Positions 23,601-31,915 of a stretch of DNA of 64,000 nt are shown in pieces. The notes under the pieces were generated by a model. That model did not search any database. It saw nothing but the letters and a program-made list of their open reading frames with translations, and was not told the origin of the DNA. The position numbers and the translations under genes are program-made. Origin of the DNA: Candidatus Eiseniibacteriota bacterium (GTDB taxonomy: Bacteria; Eisenbacteria; RBG-16-71-46); assembly GCA_963707915.1 (NCBI GenBank), contig OY970178.1, positions 3,264,001-3,328,000 on the forward strand, read 5' to 3'. The number at the start of each line of letters is the position of its first letter. Position 1 is the first letter of the stretch.

Positions 23601-23800
23601 GGGAGGGCCGGAGCCGTCGCGGCCCGGCGACTCCCGGTCCGCCGTCCGGGCTCGCGCGTCCGTCGGCGCTCGTGGTTCGGACGGGCCGCCGGTGGCCGAG
23701 CCCGCTGGCCCCGGCGCAGCGCCGGGAGTATCGTCGCGCCGTTGCCGGCTTGCCAGCGTGCGCTGGCCCGAGACGGACGCGTCATCCAAGGAAGGATCCC

Positions 23801-24838
23801 ATGAGCGTTCTGCGTCGCGATCCCACCACGAATCGCTGGGTGATCTTCGGGGACCCGCCACCCGCGGCCCGGGTCCCCGGAGACAGCTGTCCATTCTGCT
23901 CCGGGCACGAGTCCCGGACGCCTCCCGAGATCGTCGCCTGGGGCCCGCCGCAGCGCCAGCCGAACGCCCCGGGCTGGCAGGTCCGGGTGGTGCCCAACGC
24001 GCGCCCGCTGCTGCGCATCGAGAGCGCGCTCGAACGCCATGCCGACCTCATCTACGACACGACGTCGGGCACCGGCGCGCACGAGATCGTGATCGAGACG
24101 CCGGAGCACCGGCGCAGCCTCTCCGCGCTGCCGAGGGCCCAGGTCGCGCTGGTGCTGAAGGCCTGGGCGGAGCGCATCCGCGACCTCAAGAAGGATCCGC
24201 GGTTCCGCTCCATCTTCGTCTTCAAGAACCAGGGGATGCTGGCCGGGGCGTGGATGCCCGACCATGCGCACTCGCAGGTCATGGGCCTGCCGGTGACGCC
24301 CAAGGCGCTCAAGGAGATCCTCGACGTCGCGCGCGCGCACTACCGGGACAAGGAGCGCTGCGTCTTCTGCGACATCCTGCGGGAGGAGCTGGAGTACGGC
24401 CGGCGCCTGGTGAAGGTCACCGAGCACTTCGTCGCGCTGGCGCCCTACGCCTCGCGCTACCCCTACGAGTACTGGATCCTGCCGCGGGAGCACTCCGCGG
24501 ACTTCGAGGCCACCGGGCCCGCGCTGCTCGAGGACCTGGCCGGCGTACTGCAGGCGACGCTGGCGCGGCTCGAGGACATCCTGCCCGATCCGGCCTACAA
24601 CCTGTTCCTCTACAGCAGCCCGAACCGTGATGCGCGCAAGGGGTACTGGACCACGCTGGCCCAGGACTTCCACTGGCACATCGCGGTGATGCCGCGGCTG
24701 GTGCAGACGGCGGGCTTCGAAGTGGGCAGCGGCCTGTACGCGAACCCGGTGCTGCCCGAGGACGCGGCGCGCATGCTGCGCCCGGAGGTGCCCGGGGCGG
24801 TGGACGACGGGAGCCCGGTCGCTACGCCGGAGTCCTGA
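23801..24838 (+). CDS. galT: Galactose-1-phosphate uridylyltransferase-like (GalT/HIT) protein
   Basis: LRRDPTTNRWVI, CPFC, GAHEIVIETP, FKNQG, HAHSQ, CVFCD, HWHI, AGFEVGSG. Confidence 0.8.
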   Translation: MSVLRRDPTTNRWVIFGDPPPAARVPGDSCPFCSGHESRTPPEIVAWGPPQRQPNAPGWQVRVVPNARPLLRIESALERHADLIYDTTSGTGAHEIVIETPEHRRSLSALPRAQVALVLKAWAERIRDLKKDPRFRSIFVFKNQGMLAGAWMPDHAHSQVMGLPVTPKALKEILDVARAHYRDKERCVFCDILREELEYGRRLVKVTEHFVALAPYASRYPYEYWILPREHSADFEATGPALLEDLAGVLQATLARLEDILPDPAYNLFLYSSPNRDARKGYWTTLAQDFHWHIAVMPRLVQTAGFEVGSGLYANPVLPEDAARMLRPEVPGAVDDGSPVATPES

Positions 24839-25010
24839 CGATCATCGGCCGGCCTGATCTCGCCGGATGGAGAGCAGGTGGACCCCGATCGGGGACCCAT
24901 CGAGCCGGGAGTCGCGCGGGCGAGCGTGTGTGCACTCAGCCGTCCACGCGGCTACCGGCTCGGCCGGTCCAGCCTGGCGCGGCGACTCCCCGGCTCCGGA
25001 GCGCCCGGGA

Positions 25011-25871
25011 CTACTCCAGGCCCAGATCCTCCATGTCGCCCTCGTCGAAGCCGAGCAGGTGCGCCAGCTCGTGCTGCACCGTGGTGCGCACCTCGGTCGC
25101 CAGCTCCTCGCGGTCCGCGCAGGAGCGGAGCAGGTTGCGACGGAAGAGGTAGATGGCCTCGGGGACGCCGGGCAGGTCGACGTGGCTGCGCTCGAGCAGG
25201 CTGCGTCCGACGAAGAGCCCGAGCAGGTCGGGCGGCAGGGGCGGATCCTCGGCGGTGAGGATCTCCCGCCAGGGCAGGTCCACGACCAGGACCGGCGTGT
25301 CGAGCGCCTCGGCGAAACTCCGGTGCATGTGTTCCGGCACCTCCGCCAGCTTCTCCTTGAAGAACCTCTCGACCAGCGCCTGGCTCTCCTCCACCAGCGC
25401 CTGGAAGTCCTCGTCCGTGATCTCGAAGGGCTGCGCGAAGGCCACCGGGTCGATGGCCCGGGCCTCGGCCGCGTGCTTCCGCGCGTGCTCCGGCTGGTCG
25501 AGGTACTCGTAGACGCGGGACAGCAGATCGTGCGCCTCGGCCAGGTCGGGGGTCACGGCCACGGCGCGCAGGGCGTCGTCGCGCGCCTGCTCGAAGCGCA
25601 CCAGTTCGAAACGGGCGACGGCGCGCAGGTAGAAGAGCAGCGCGGGGTCGGCCGAGCGCTCGGCTCCCAGCAGGGTCTCGAGCGCCCGGGCGGGCTCGCC
25701 TTCGTCGAGGTAGACGGCGGCCTCCACGATGCGGACGTCGGGATGCCCGGGGCGCGCCCGCAGGAGCGTGTCCAAGGTCGCACGGGCCTTCTCCACCTCG
25801 CCCTCGTCGAGCAGGTCCCAGATCCGGCTGACCTCGGCCCACTCGGTCTCTGACAGCGTGTCGTAGCTCAT
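25011..25871 (-). CDS. TPR-containing zincin-like metallopeptidase
   Basis: N-terminal TPR-like helices; C-terminal LLGLFVG...IYLFRRN...TTVQHELAHLLG (HExxH). Confidence 0.85.
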   Translation of the reverse strand: MSYDTLSETEWAEVSRIWDLLDEGEVEKARATLDTLLRARPGHPDVRIVEAAVYLDEGEPARALETLLGAERSADPALLFYLRAVARFELVRFEQARDDALRAVAVTPDLAEAHDLLSRVYEYLDQPEHARKHAAEARAIDPVAFAQPFEITDEDFQALVEESQALVERFFKEKLAEVPEHMHRSFAEALDTPVLVVDLPWREILTAEDPPLPPDLLGLFVGRSLLERSHVDLPGVPEAIYLFRRNLLRSCADREELATEVRTTVQHELAHLLGFDEGDMEDLGLE

Positions 25872-26063
25872 CGCAGGCGACCTCCGTCCCCGCAATCTAG
25901 CGCCCCGCGACCGGGTGCGCCACCCGCTCGCGCGCGCGTCCCGCGCGGTCCGCTCCGCGCCCGCGCGGGGTCGCGCCGATCGCCGTTCGCGCGCCGACGC
26001 GTCAACGGGATGTCAATCATTCCGGCCGCGGCACCGCGACCGGGCGGGAAACGGGCCATATCC

Positions 26064-26093
26064 TTGACGCCCGCGCGCGGCGAACCGTAGACT
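26064..26093 (+). promoter_or_regulatory. Putative sigma70 promoter of the selenoprotein gene
   Basis: TTGACG-N18-TAGACT about 70 nt upstream of ATG 26161. Confidence 0.55.
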
Positions 26094-26160
26094 CAAGTCG
26101 CATCTTCCGCACGCCGTTACCGTGCTTCGAACCATCCTCGTTCTCGGGAGAGCCTGTCGC

Positions 26161-27585
26161 ATGAAGACCCTGCTGTCGCGGTTCGTCGCCACCGCGTTCC
26201 TCGCGGCCGTCGCCTGGGTGCTGCTGGCCGGTGCCAGCGCTCCGCGGACGACCCCGCTCGAGCCGGACAAGCTCGTCATCCTCTCCACCAACGACGTCAA
26301 GGGCAAGACCGACCCCTGTGGCTGACACACCCCCAAGGGGGGACTCGCCCGGCGGGCGGGTTTTGTCGACAGCATCAAGGTGAGCTACGGCCAGGTCGTG
26401 CTGGTGGACGGCGGCGGCTTCTTTCCCGAGGACGACCTGCACCAGGACGTCGCCTGGTTCCTGATGGACGCGATGAAGGTGCTGGGTGTCGACGCGGTGG
26501 GGACGAGCGAGAGGGAGCTGCGCTTCGGGGCGAGCTTCCTGAAGGCGCAGATCAAGCGCACCCAGCTGCCGATGGTGTGCGCCAACCTCTACCTGTCGAA
26601 GACCTCGAAGCTGCTGCTGCCGCCCTACGTGCTCAAGCAGGTGGGCACGGTCAAGGTCGGCATCTTCGGGCTCATGAGCAACGCCCCCGGCCTGGACCTG
26701 GGCCCGGCCCGGGACTCGCTGCGCGTCGAGGAGCCCTCGGCCGCGGCCAAGCGCACGGTCGCGGAGTTGCGCAAGAAGGGCGCGACGGTGGTGGTGCTGC
26801 TTTCCCAGCTCGGCAAGGTCGAAGGCGAGGACCTGGTGACGGCGGTGGACGGCATCGACGCGGTGATCCTCGGTCACGGCACGCCGCTGCTCCAGAAGGG
26901 GCGCCTGATCAAGGCCACGGTGGCGTGCTACGGCGGCGAACAGGGCCAGTACATCGGGCGCACGCTGCTGACGCTCGATGCGAAGCGGAAGATGACCACC
27001 GGCGACAACGAGACCTTCATCCTGGGGCCCGAGATCGCGGAGAAGAAGGAGATCGCCGCGCTGGTGAAGGGGTTCAACGACAGCTTCAACGACAAGCTGC
27101 AGAAGCTGCAGAAGGAGAAGGCCGCGAGGGACGCCGAGAAGGCGGTGCAGGGTTCGCCCGAGCACTACCTCGGGGGCGAGATCTGCGCGCGCTGCCATCC
27201 GGCGGAGGCGGCGCAGTGGAAGACGACCAAGCACGCTCAGGCCTGGGAGACGCTGGTGGCGGCGAAGCAGGACACCGTCGCCAGCTGCATCGGCTGCCAC
27301 GCGGTCGGTTTCCGACAGGCCGGTGGGTTCAGGGACCCAGTGAGCACCGGGAACCTGAAGGGCGTCCAGTGCGAGAGCTGTCACGGCATGGGCTCCACGC
27401 ACGAAGCGTTCAGCGCGACGCCGCGCAGGGTCACCGAGCTGACCTGCCGGATCTGCCACACCAAGGAAGTGAGCCCGGGGTTCGACTTCGCCCTGTACCA
27501 GGCCCACGTGGACCACAAGGGCACGGGAACGAAGCAGCCTCTGCCCGGGTCTCCGATGAGGAAGTACCTGCCGACCGGCAAGTAG
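26161..27585 (+). CDS. Exported UshA-like selenoprotein fused to a tetraheme cytochrome c (Sec at UGA 26323-26325)
   Basis: ORFs 26122..26325 and 26380..27585 are in the same frame; read-through gives DPCG-U-HTPKGGLARRAG...VLVDGG; signal peptide; CARCH, CIGCH, CESCH, CRICH. Confidence 0.85.
26326..26367 (+). promoter_or_regulatory. Candidate bacterial SECIS element
   Basis: Stem GGACUCGCCC (26341-50) pairs with GGGCGGGUUU (26354-63); G-starting apical loop GGC begins 25 nt after the UGA. Confidence 0.7.
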
Positions 27586-27897
27586 CGCCGCAAGGCCTGA
27601 AGAACGTCGCGGAGCGGGTCTCCCGAGAGGCCCGCTCCGCAGCCGTTTCCAGCTCCGCCCTTCGGCCGGGAGGCTCCGCAAGGCCGCGCGCCCGGTGGTC
27701 CCACGCCGCTCCTGCGCGGTCTCGGTCCGCTCGATCGCGGAAGGAGAGCCCCGATTCCCGCCCCCCGGAACGGACTCAAGTGTCCAGCCAGGACCGTCGC
27801 CGGTCCCCGCGACCCCGGCAGGGACCCGGTCGTGGTTTGTAAGATGTTCGATATCAACGAGTTGAATATGTCGGACAAGGTTCTGTCGCGAAGAAGG

Positions 27898-27926
27898 TTG
27901 ACAAGCCCGTGGCCTCGCTCTAGGTT
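27898..27926 (+). promoter_or_regulatory. Sigma70 promoter
   Basis: TTGACA-N17-TAGGTT preceded by an AT-richer tract. Confidence 0.7.
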
Positions 27927-28142
27927 CTCGTGGACTTCTGCTAGGCGCACCTGCCCCGACATGGAAGTGCATCGCGCCTTCCGGACTGACGACACGCGAT
28001 TCACGCGCAGGGACGCCGCGGACTTCGAATCGTACTTTCGACGTGGCAGGTCCTGAGAAAGCGTTCTTGAGAAAATGATGGGCCGCTGCCGGACTTCTCA
28101 TGTTCCGGCGCGGCGAGACCGAGAGGAGGTGAAATGGAAAGG

Positions 28143-28325
28143 ATGCGGAAGAATCTCGCTCTGGCGATGGTCGCCCTCTTGGCGCTGACCCTCGCGCTCG
28201 CCGCGGTCGGTTGCGCTCAGAAGAAGGCCGAGGAAGTGACCCCGGCTCCGGTGGCTGACACCACCAGCATGGTTCAGGACACGACGACGATGGCGCCGGT
28301 CGACACGACGGCTGCCCAGCAGTAA
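28143..28325 (+). CDS. Small lipoprotein with DTT repeats
   Basis: GAGGAGG RBS; hydrophobic signal ending AAVG-C; mature part AQKKAEEVTPAPVADTTSMVQDTTTMAPVDTTAAQQ; alternative start 28134. Confidence 0.8.
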   Translation: MRKNLALAMVALLALTLALAAVGCAQKKAEEVTPAPVADTTSMVQDTTTMAPVDTTAAQQ

Positions 28326-28352
28326 CCAGGATCGTCTCGCTGTTTGCCTGGC

Positions 28353-28384
28353 GGGAGGGGGGGGTAGCGATATCCTCCCCTCCC
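28353..28384 (+). terminator. Hairpin downstream of the lipoprotein gene
   Basis: GGGAGGGGGGGGTA-GCGA-TATCCTCCCCTCCC, GNRA loop. Confidence 0.55.
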
Positions 28385-28566
28385 TGTAGTTTCCGGGGGA
28401 AACCCGGAGCCCGGGCTCCGATCCCTCGCCCGGCCCGCACCTCGGTCCGACGCCAACCCCTCCCGGGCGAGCCGGGAACTCCGCGACCTACCCCCATTTC
28501 GGCCGCTCCGGCGCAACCCGGCCGCGGTCCGTTGCGTAGACGTGGGCAGACGAGGAGGGTCCGTCC

Positions 28567-29646
28567 GTGAAAGCCCAACACCTGATGCTCGCCGTCGCCG
28601 CCCTGGCGCTCCTGCCAGGCACCCTGTTGGCCGACAGGACCACTGCCCTGCGAGAGCAGAGCCAGCAGGTGGTCGAGGCCCGGGGCCTCACCGGCCTGAG
28701 GGTCGAGAACCCCCGCGGCCTGGTCCAGGTGAGCCCGAGCCGGGACGGGCGCATCCACCTGACGGCGCTCAAGCTGGCGAGCAGCCGTGCGTCCGAGCGG
28801 GCCGAGGACTTCGCCCGCGGGACCCGCGTGGAGACCTCGACCGAGTCGGGCCGTTTCGTGGTGCGCGTTCGCTACCCGCAACGGCGGACGCTCCACGCCA
28901 GCCTCTCGCAGCTCTTCAAGGGTGAGTTCGACCTGCCCCGCATCGAGGTGCGGCTGTCCCTCGAGGTGCCGCCCAGCCTGCCGGTCGACCTGGAGACCTC
29001 CAGCGGCGACCTGGAGACCGGCGGCCTGACGGGGACGCAGTCGCTGCAGACCACGAGCGGCGACATCGAGGTGCACGCGGCGGCAGCGTTCGTCTCGATC
29101 ATCACCACCAGCGGGAACATCATGGCCTCCGGGCTGGGGCGGGCCACGGTCCACAGCGTGAGCGGCGACATCACCCTGGACGCCGCGCGCGGTCCGCTCG
29201 ACGTCCGCACGACCAGCGGGGACATCAGCCTGAGCGGCGTCACCGACAGCCTGCGCCTGTCCAGCGTGAGCGGGGACATCGGGTTGGACCGGGCGCCCCG
29301 CGGCCTGGACGCCGGCACCACCAGCGGACGCATCGTCGTGGACGGTCTCGCCGGCGGAGCGGTGCGCCTGCGCTCCACCTCGGGCGAGGTGAGCTTCGGT
29401 CTCGACCGCAACCTGCGCCGCGCCGACGTGAGCACGGTATCGGGCGGGATCACCGCCCGGCTGGCCGACGGGCTCGGCTGCGACCTGACGCTCAAGAGCA
29501 CGAGTGGCACGCTCGACAGTTCCGTGCCCCTGAAGATCCGCACCGTCTCCCGCAGCGAGATGTCGGGCACGGTGTCCGGCGGGGGCCCGCCGGTGATCCT
29601 GCACAGCCTGTCGGGCGACATCGCCGTGACCGGCAGAGGGAGATGA
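28567..29646 (+). CDS. DUF4097-family beta-strand repeat protein
   Basis: Signal peptide; repeated TTSGDI/SVSGDI units. Confidence 0.88.
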   Translation: MKAQHLMLAVAALALLPGTLLADRTTALREQSQQVVEARGLTGLRVENPRGLVQVSPSRDGRIHLTALKLASSRASERAEDFARGTRVETSTESGRFVVRVRYPQRRTLHASLSQLFKGEFDLPRIEVRLSLEVPPSLPVDLETSSGDLETGGLTGTQSLQTTSGDIEVHAAAAFVSIITTSGNIMASGLGRATVHSVSGDITLDAARGPLDVRTTSGDISLSGVTDSLRLSSVSGDIGLDRAPRGLDAGTTSGRIVVDGLAGGAVRLRSTSGEVSFGLDRNLRRADVSTVSGGITARLADGLGCDLTLKSTSGTLDSSVPLKIRTVSRSEMSGTVSGGGPPVILHSLSGDIAVTGRGR

Positions 29647-31079
29647 CCATGCGAAGACACAGCGTGCTGATCCTGGCCCTGGCCCTGGCCCTGGCGGCTC
29701 CCGTGCTCGGCCTGGCAGTCCTGCGGCACGCCGGGCCGGCCGCGATGGCGAAGGCCGCGGTGGCCCTGCTCGAGGCCTCGGGCCCGAGCCGGGCGGTGGC
29801 GCAGGTGACGACTCTGCCCTTCAAGCCCGTGCCGCCCGAGAGCGTCTCCACGCTCGAGCGTGAACGGCCGACGAGAACTCGCGTGCACGTGACCGTGGAC
29901 GTCCCCGAGACCCCGGCGGTGCCCGAGGTCCCCGAGGTCCCCGCGGTGCCCGAGGCCCCCGAGCCTCCGGCCGTGACCGAGCACGTGACGCGCTCCGGCG
30001 ACATCACGCGCGTGGGCAGCGACATCCACGTCGAGCAGGACGAGGTGGTGCGCGGTGACGTCACCGCCATCCGCGGCGACATCACCGTGGACGGCGCGGT
30101 GCACGGCGGAGTGGTGTCATTCGGCGGCGACATCTACCTGAACTCGACCGCCCGCGTGGACGGCGACGTCGTCACCATCGGGGGCGTCCTGCACGAGCAG
30201 CCGGGCGCCTACGTCAGCGGGGAGCGCGTGAGCGCGCTCAGCGGCTCGCGGGGCGATCGCCTTGCCCGGAGCCTGCGGGTCGGCGGGCTCCACCGTGGGG
30301 GCGACGGGGAGGGTCGGGACCTGGGGTGGGGGGTGCTGAGGGCCTTCGGCGCGCTCGTGCGGCTGCTGATCGTCATCGGCCTCACCCTGCTCATCGTCTG
30401 GCTGTTCCAGGGGCGCATCGCCGTCGGGGCGGAGACGCTGAAACGGCAGCCGGCCGTCTCGCTGGGGATCGGTGCGCTGGTCCACGCGTTGTTCATCCCG
30501 TCGATCGTCGCACTGGCCCTGGTCATGGCCCTGCTGTGCATCACCATCGTGGGGATTCCGCTCGCGCTGGCCGCCCTGGTTGGCTACCTTCTCTTCTTCG
30601 CGGTCTTCTGGATCTTCGGCCTGGTGGTCGGGTCCGTGCTCGTCGGCGAGAAGCTCGCCGCCAGGCAGGGCCGGACGGGGGTGTCGGTCCGGGACTCGGC
30701 CCTGCTGGGAGTGCTGGTCGTGGCGGGCGCGGCCTTCGTGGGCAAGGTGCTCGCGATCGCGGACGTTCCTGTCCTCGGCGGTCTCGGCAAGCTGGTGACC
30801 GTCCTGGCCGTGATCGCGATGATCTTCATGGGCCTGATGGGTGGAGGCGCATGGCTCAAGTGGGAGTTCAGCGAGGGCGTGTTCGGACGCTGGCGCGGGC
30901 GCTGGGAGAGCCGCAACGCCGCGCGCGCCGCGGCCGCCCCGCCGAGCGCGTACGGTCCGCCGCCGACGTCGCCGTACGGTCCGCCTGCGGCCGCGGCGCC
31001 CGCCGTGGAGCCGCCGGTGCCGCCGCCTGCGCCGCCCGCCCCGGAGCCGCCGCCTTCCGGGCCTTCGACGGGCGCCTGA
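29643..31079 (+). CDS. Bactofilin-like (polymer-forming) repeat membrane protein
   Basis: VRGDVTAIRGDITVDGAVHGGVVSFGGDI beta-helix repeats, several TM helices, Pro-rich tail. Confidence 0.75.
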   Translation: MTMRRHSVLILALALALAAPVLGLAVLRHAGPAAMAKAAVALLEASGPSRAVAQVTTLPFKPVPPESVSTLERERPTRTRVHVTVDVPETPAVPEVPEVPAVPEAPEPPAVTEHVTRSGDITRVGSDIHVEQDEVVRGDVTAIRGDITVDGAVHGGVVSFGGDIYLNSTARVDGDVVTIGGVLHEQPGAYVSGERVSALSGSRGDRLARSLRVGGLHRGGDGEGRDLGWGVLRAFGALVRLLIVIGLTLLIVWLFQGRIAVGAETLKRQPAVSLGIGALVHALFIPSIVALALVMALLCITIVGIPLALAALVGYLLFFAVFWIFGLVVGSVLVGEKLAARQGRTGVSVRDSALLGVLVVAGAAFVGKVLAIADVPVLGGLGKLVTVLAVIAMIFMGLMGGGAWLKWEFSEGVFGRWRGRWESRNAARAAAAPPSAYGPPPTSPYGPPAAAAPAVEPPVPPPAPPAPEPPPSGPSTGA

Positions 31080-31096
31080 GCCCGGTTCGGGTCGAG

Positions 31097-31134
31097 CGCG
31101 TCACCCGGGAGGATGGACTCCCCCGGGTGACGCG
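31097..31134. terminator. Intergenic hairpin
   Basis: CGCGTCACCCGGG ... CCCGGGTGACGCG inverted repeat. Confidence 0.5.
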
Positions 31135-31158
31135 TTCGTATGGGGCGATGGGGGACCC

Positions 31159-31731
31159 GTGGACCTGAGCCCGCTCTGGACCTACTGCCTCGGCTCGCTC
31201 TGGGTCTTCTGCCTGGCCCTGTTCGTGGACGGCGCGACCTTCGCCTTCGCCACCACGATCCTCATCATCCTCTTCGCGCCGTTCCACGCTCCCTGGGAGC
31301 TGGCGCTGGCCGGAAGCCTGTCGAGTGCCCTGGGCAGCGCGGTGCAGTTCAAGGTGCTGGGCATGATGCTCGATTCGGGGCATCGTTGGCTCCATCGCTT
31401 CGCGCCGTCGCGTGAGAAGCTCGCCGCCGCCCTGAGCCAGAACCCCTCGGCCTCGTTCCTCACCATCCTGGTCGCGCGCGCCACGCCGCTTCCCGACGCG
31501 CCGGTGAAGCTGGTGGCGGCGGCGGGCCGCTACCCGGTCCGCCTCTACGCCCTGGCCATCCTGCTCGGGGCGTTGCCCTACTACTTCGTCCTGGCCTTCC
31601 TCGCGCGGCAGGCCGCGGCCCTCGCCCGCGAATTCGAGGTGCCCTGGTGGGTCATCGCCGGGGCGTTCGCGCTGGTGGGGCTCGGCCTGGGCCTGGACCA
31701 CCTGCGCCGGCGGGCTCGCCGGAACCGCTAG
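31159..31731 (+). CDS. VTT/SNARE-associated (DedA-like) membrane protein
   Basis: Hydrophobic; ARATPLPDAPVKLVAAAGRYP motif. Confidence 0.7.
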   Translation: MDLSPLWTYCLGSLWVFCLALFVDGATFAFATTILIILFAPFHAPWELALAGSLSSALGSAVQFKVLGMMLDSGHRWLHRFAPSREKLAAALSQNPSASFLTILVARATPLPDAPVKLVAAAGRYPVRLYALAILLGALPYYFVLAFLARQAAALAREFEVPWWVIAGAFALVGLGLGLDHLRRRARRNR

Positions 31732-31778
31732 GAGCCTGTCCGAGCAATCGCAACCACGGCGCGTACGATCCGGGGGTT

Positions 31779-31885
31779 CGGGTCGAGCGGGCCACGGGCG
31801 CGAGTCGGACGGGCCACGGGATCGGGTCGGGCGGGCCGCGGGCGCGGGTCGAGCGGGCCACGGGTTCGGGTCGGGCGAGCCGCAC
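31779..31885. repeat. 22-bp tandem repeat, about 5 copies
   Basis: Units start at 31779, 31801, 31823, 31845, 31867; consensus CGGGTCGRGCGGGCCACGGGNN. Confidence 0.85.
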
Positions 31886-31915
31886 TGCTCCCGTGCCGCC
31901 CGGCTCCCGTATCGC

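Noticed and set aside
29900..29975. Short GTCCCCGAG-type repeats
   Set aside because: They encode the VPE/APE Pro-rich linker of the membrane protein; ordinary low-complexity coding sequence.
31779..31885. CRISPR array
   Set aside because: Head-to-tail 22-bp units without unique spacers; no cas genes.
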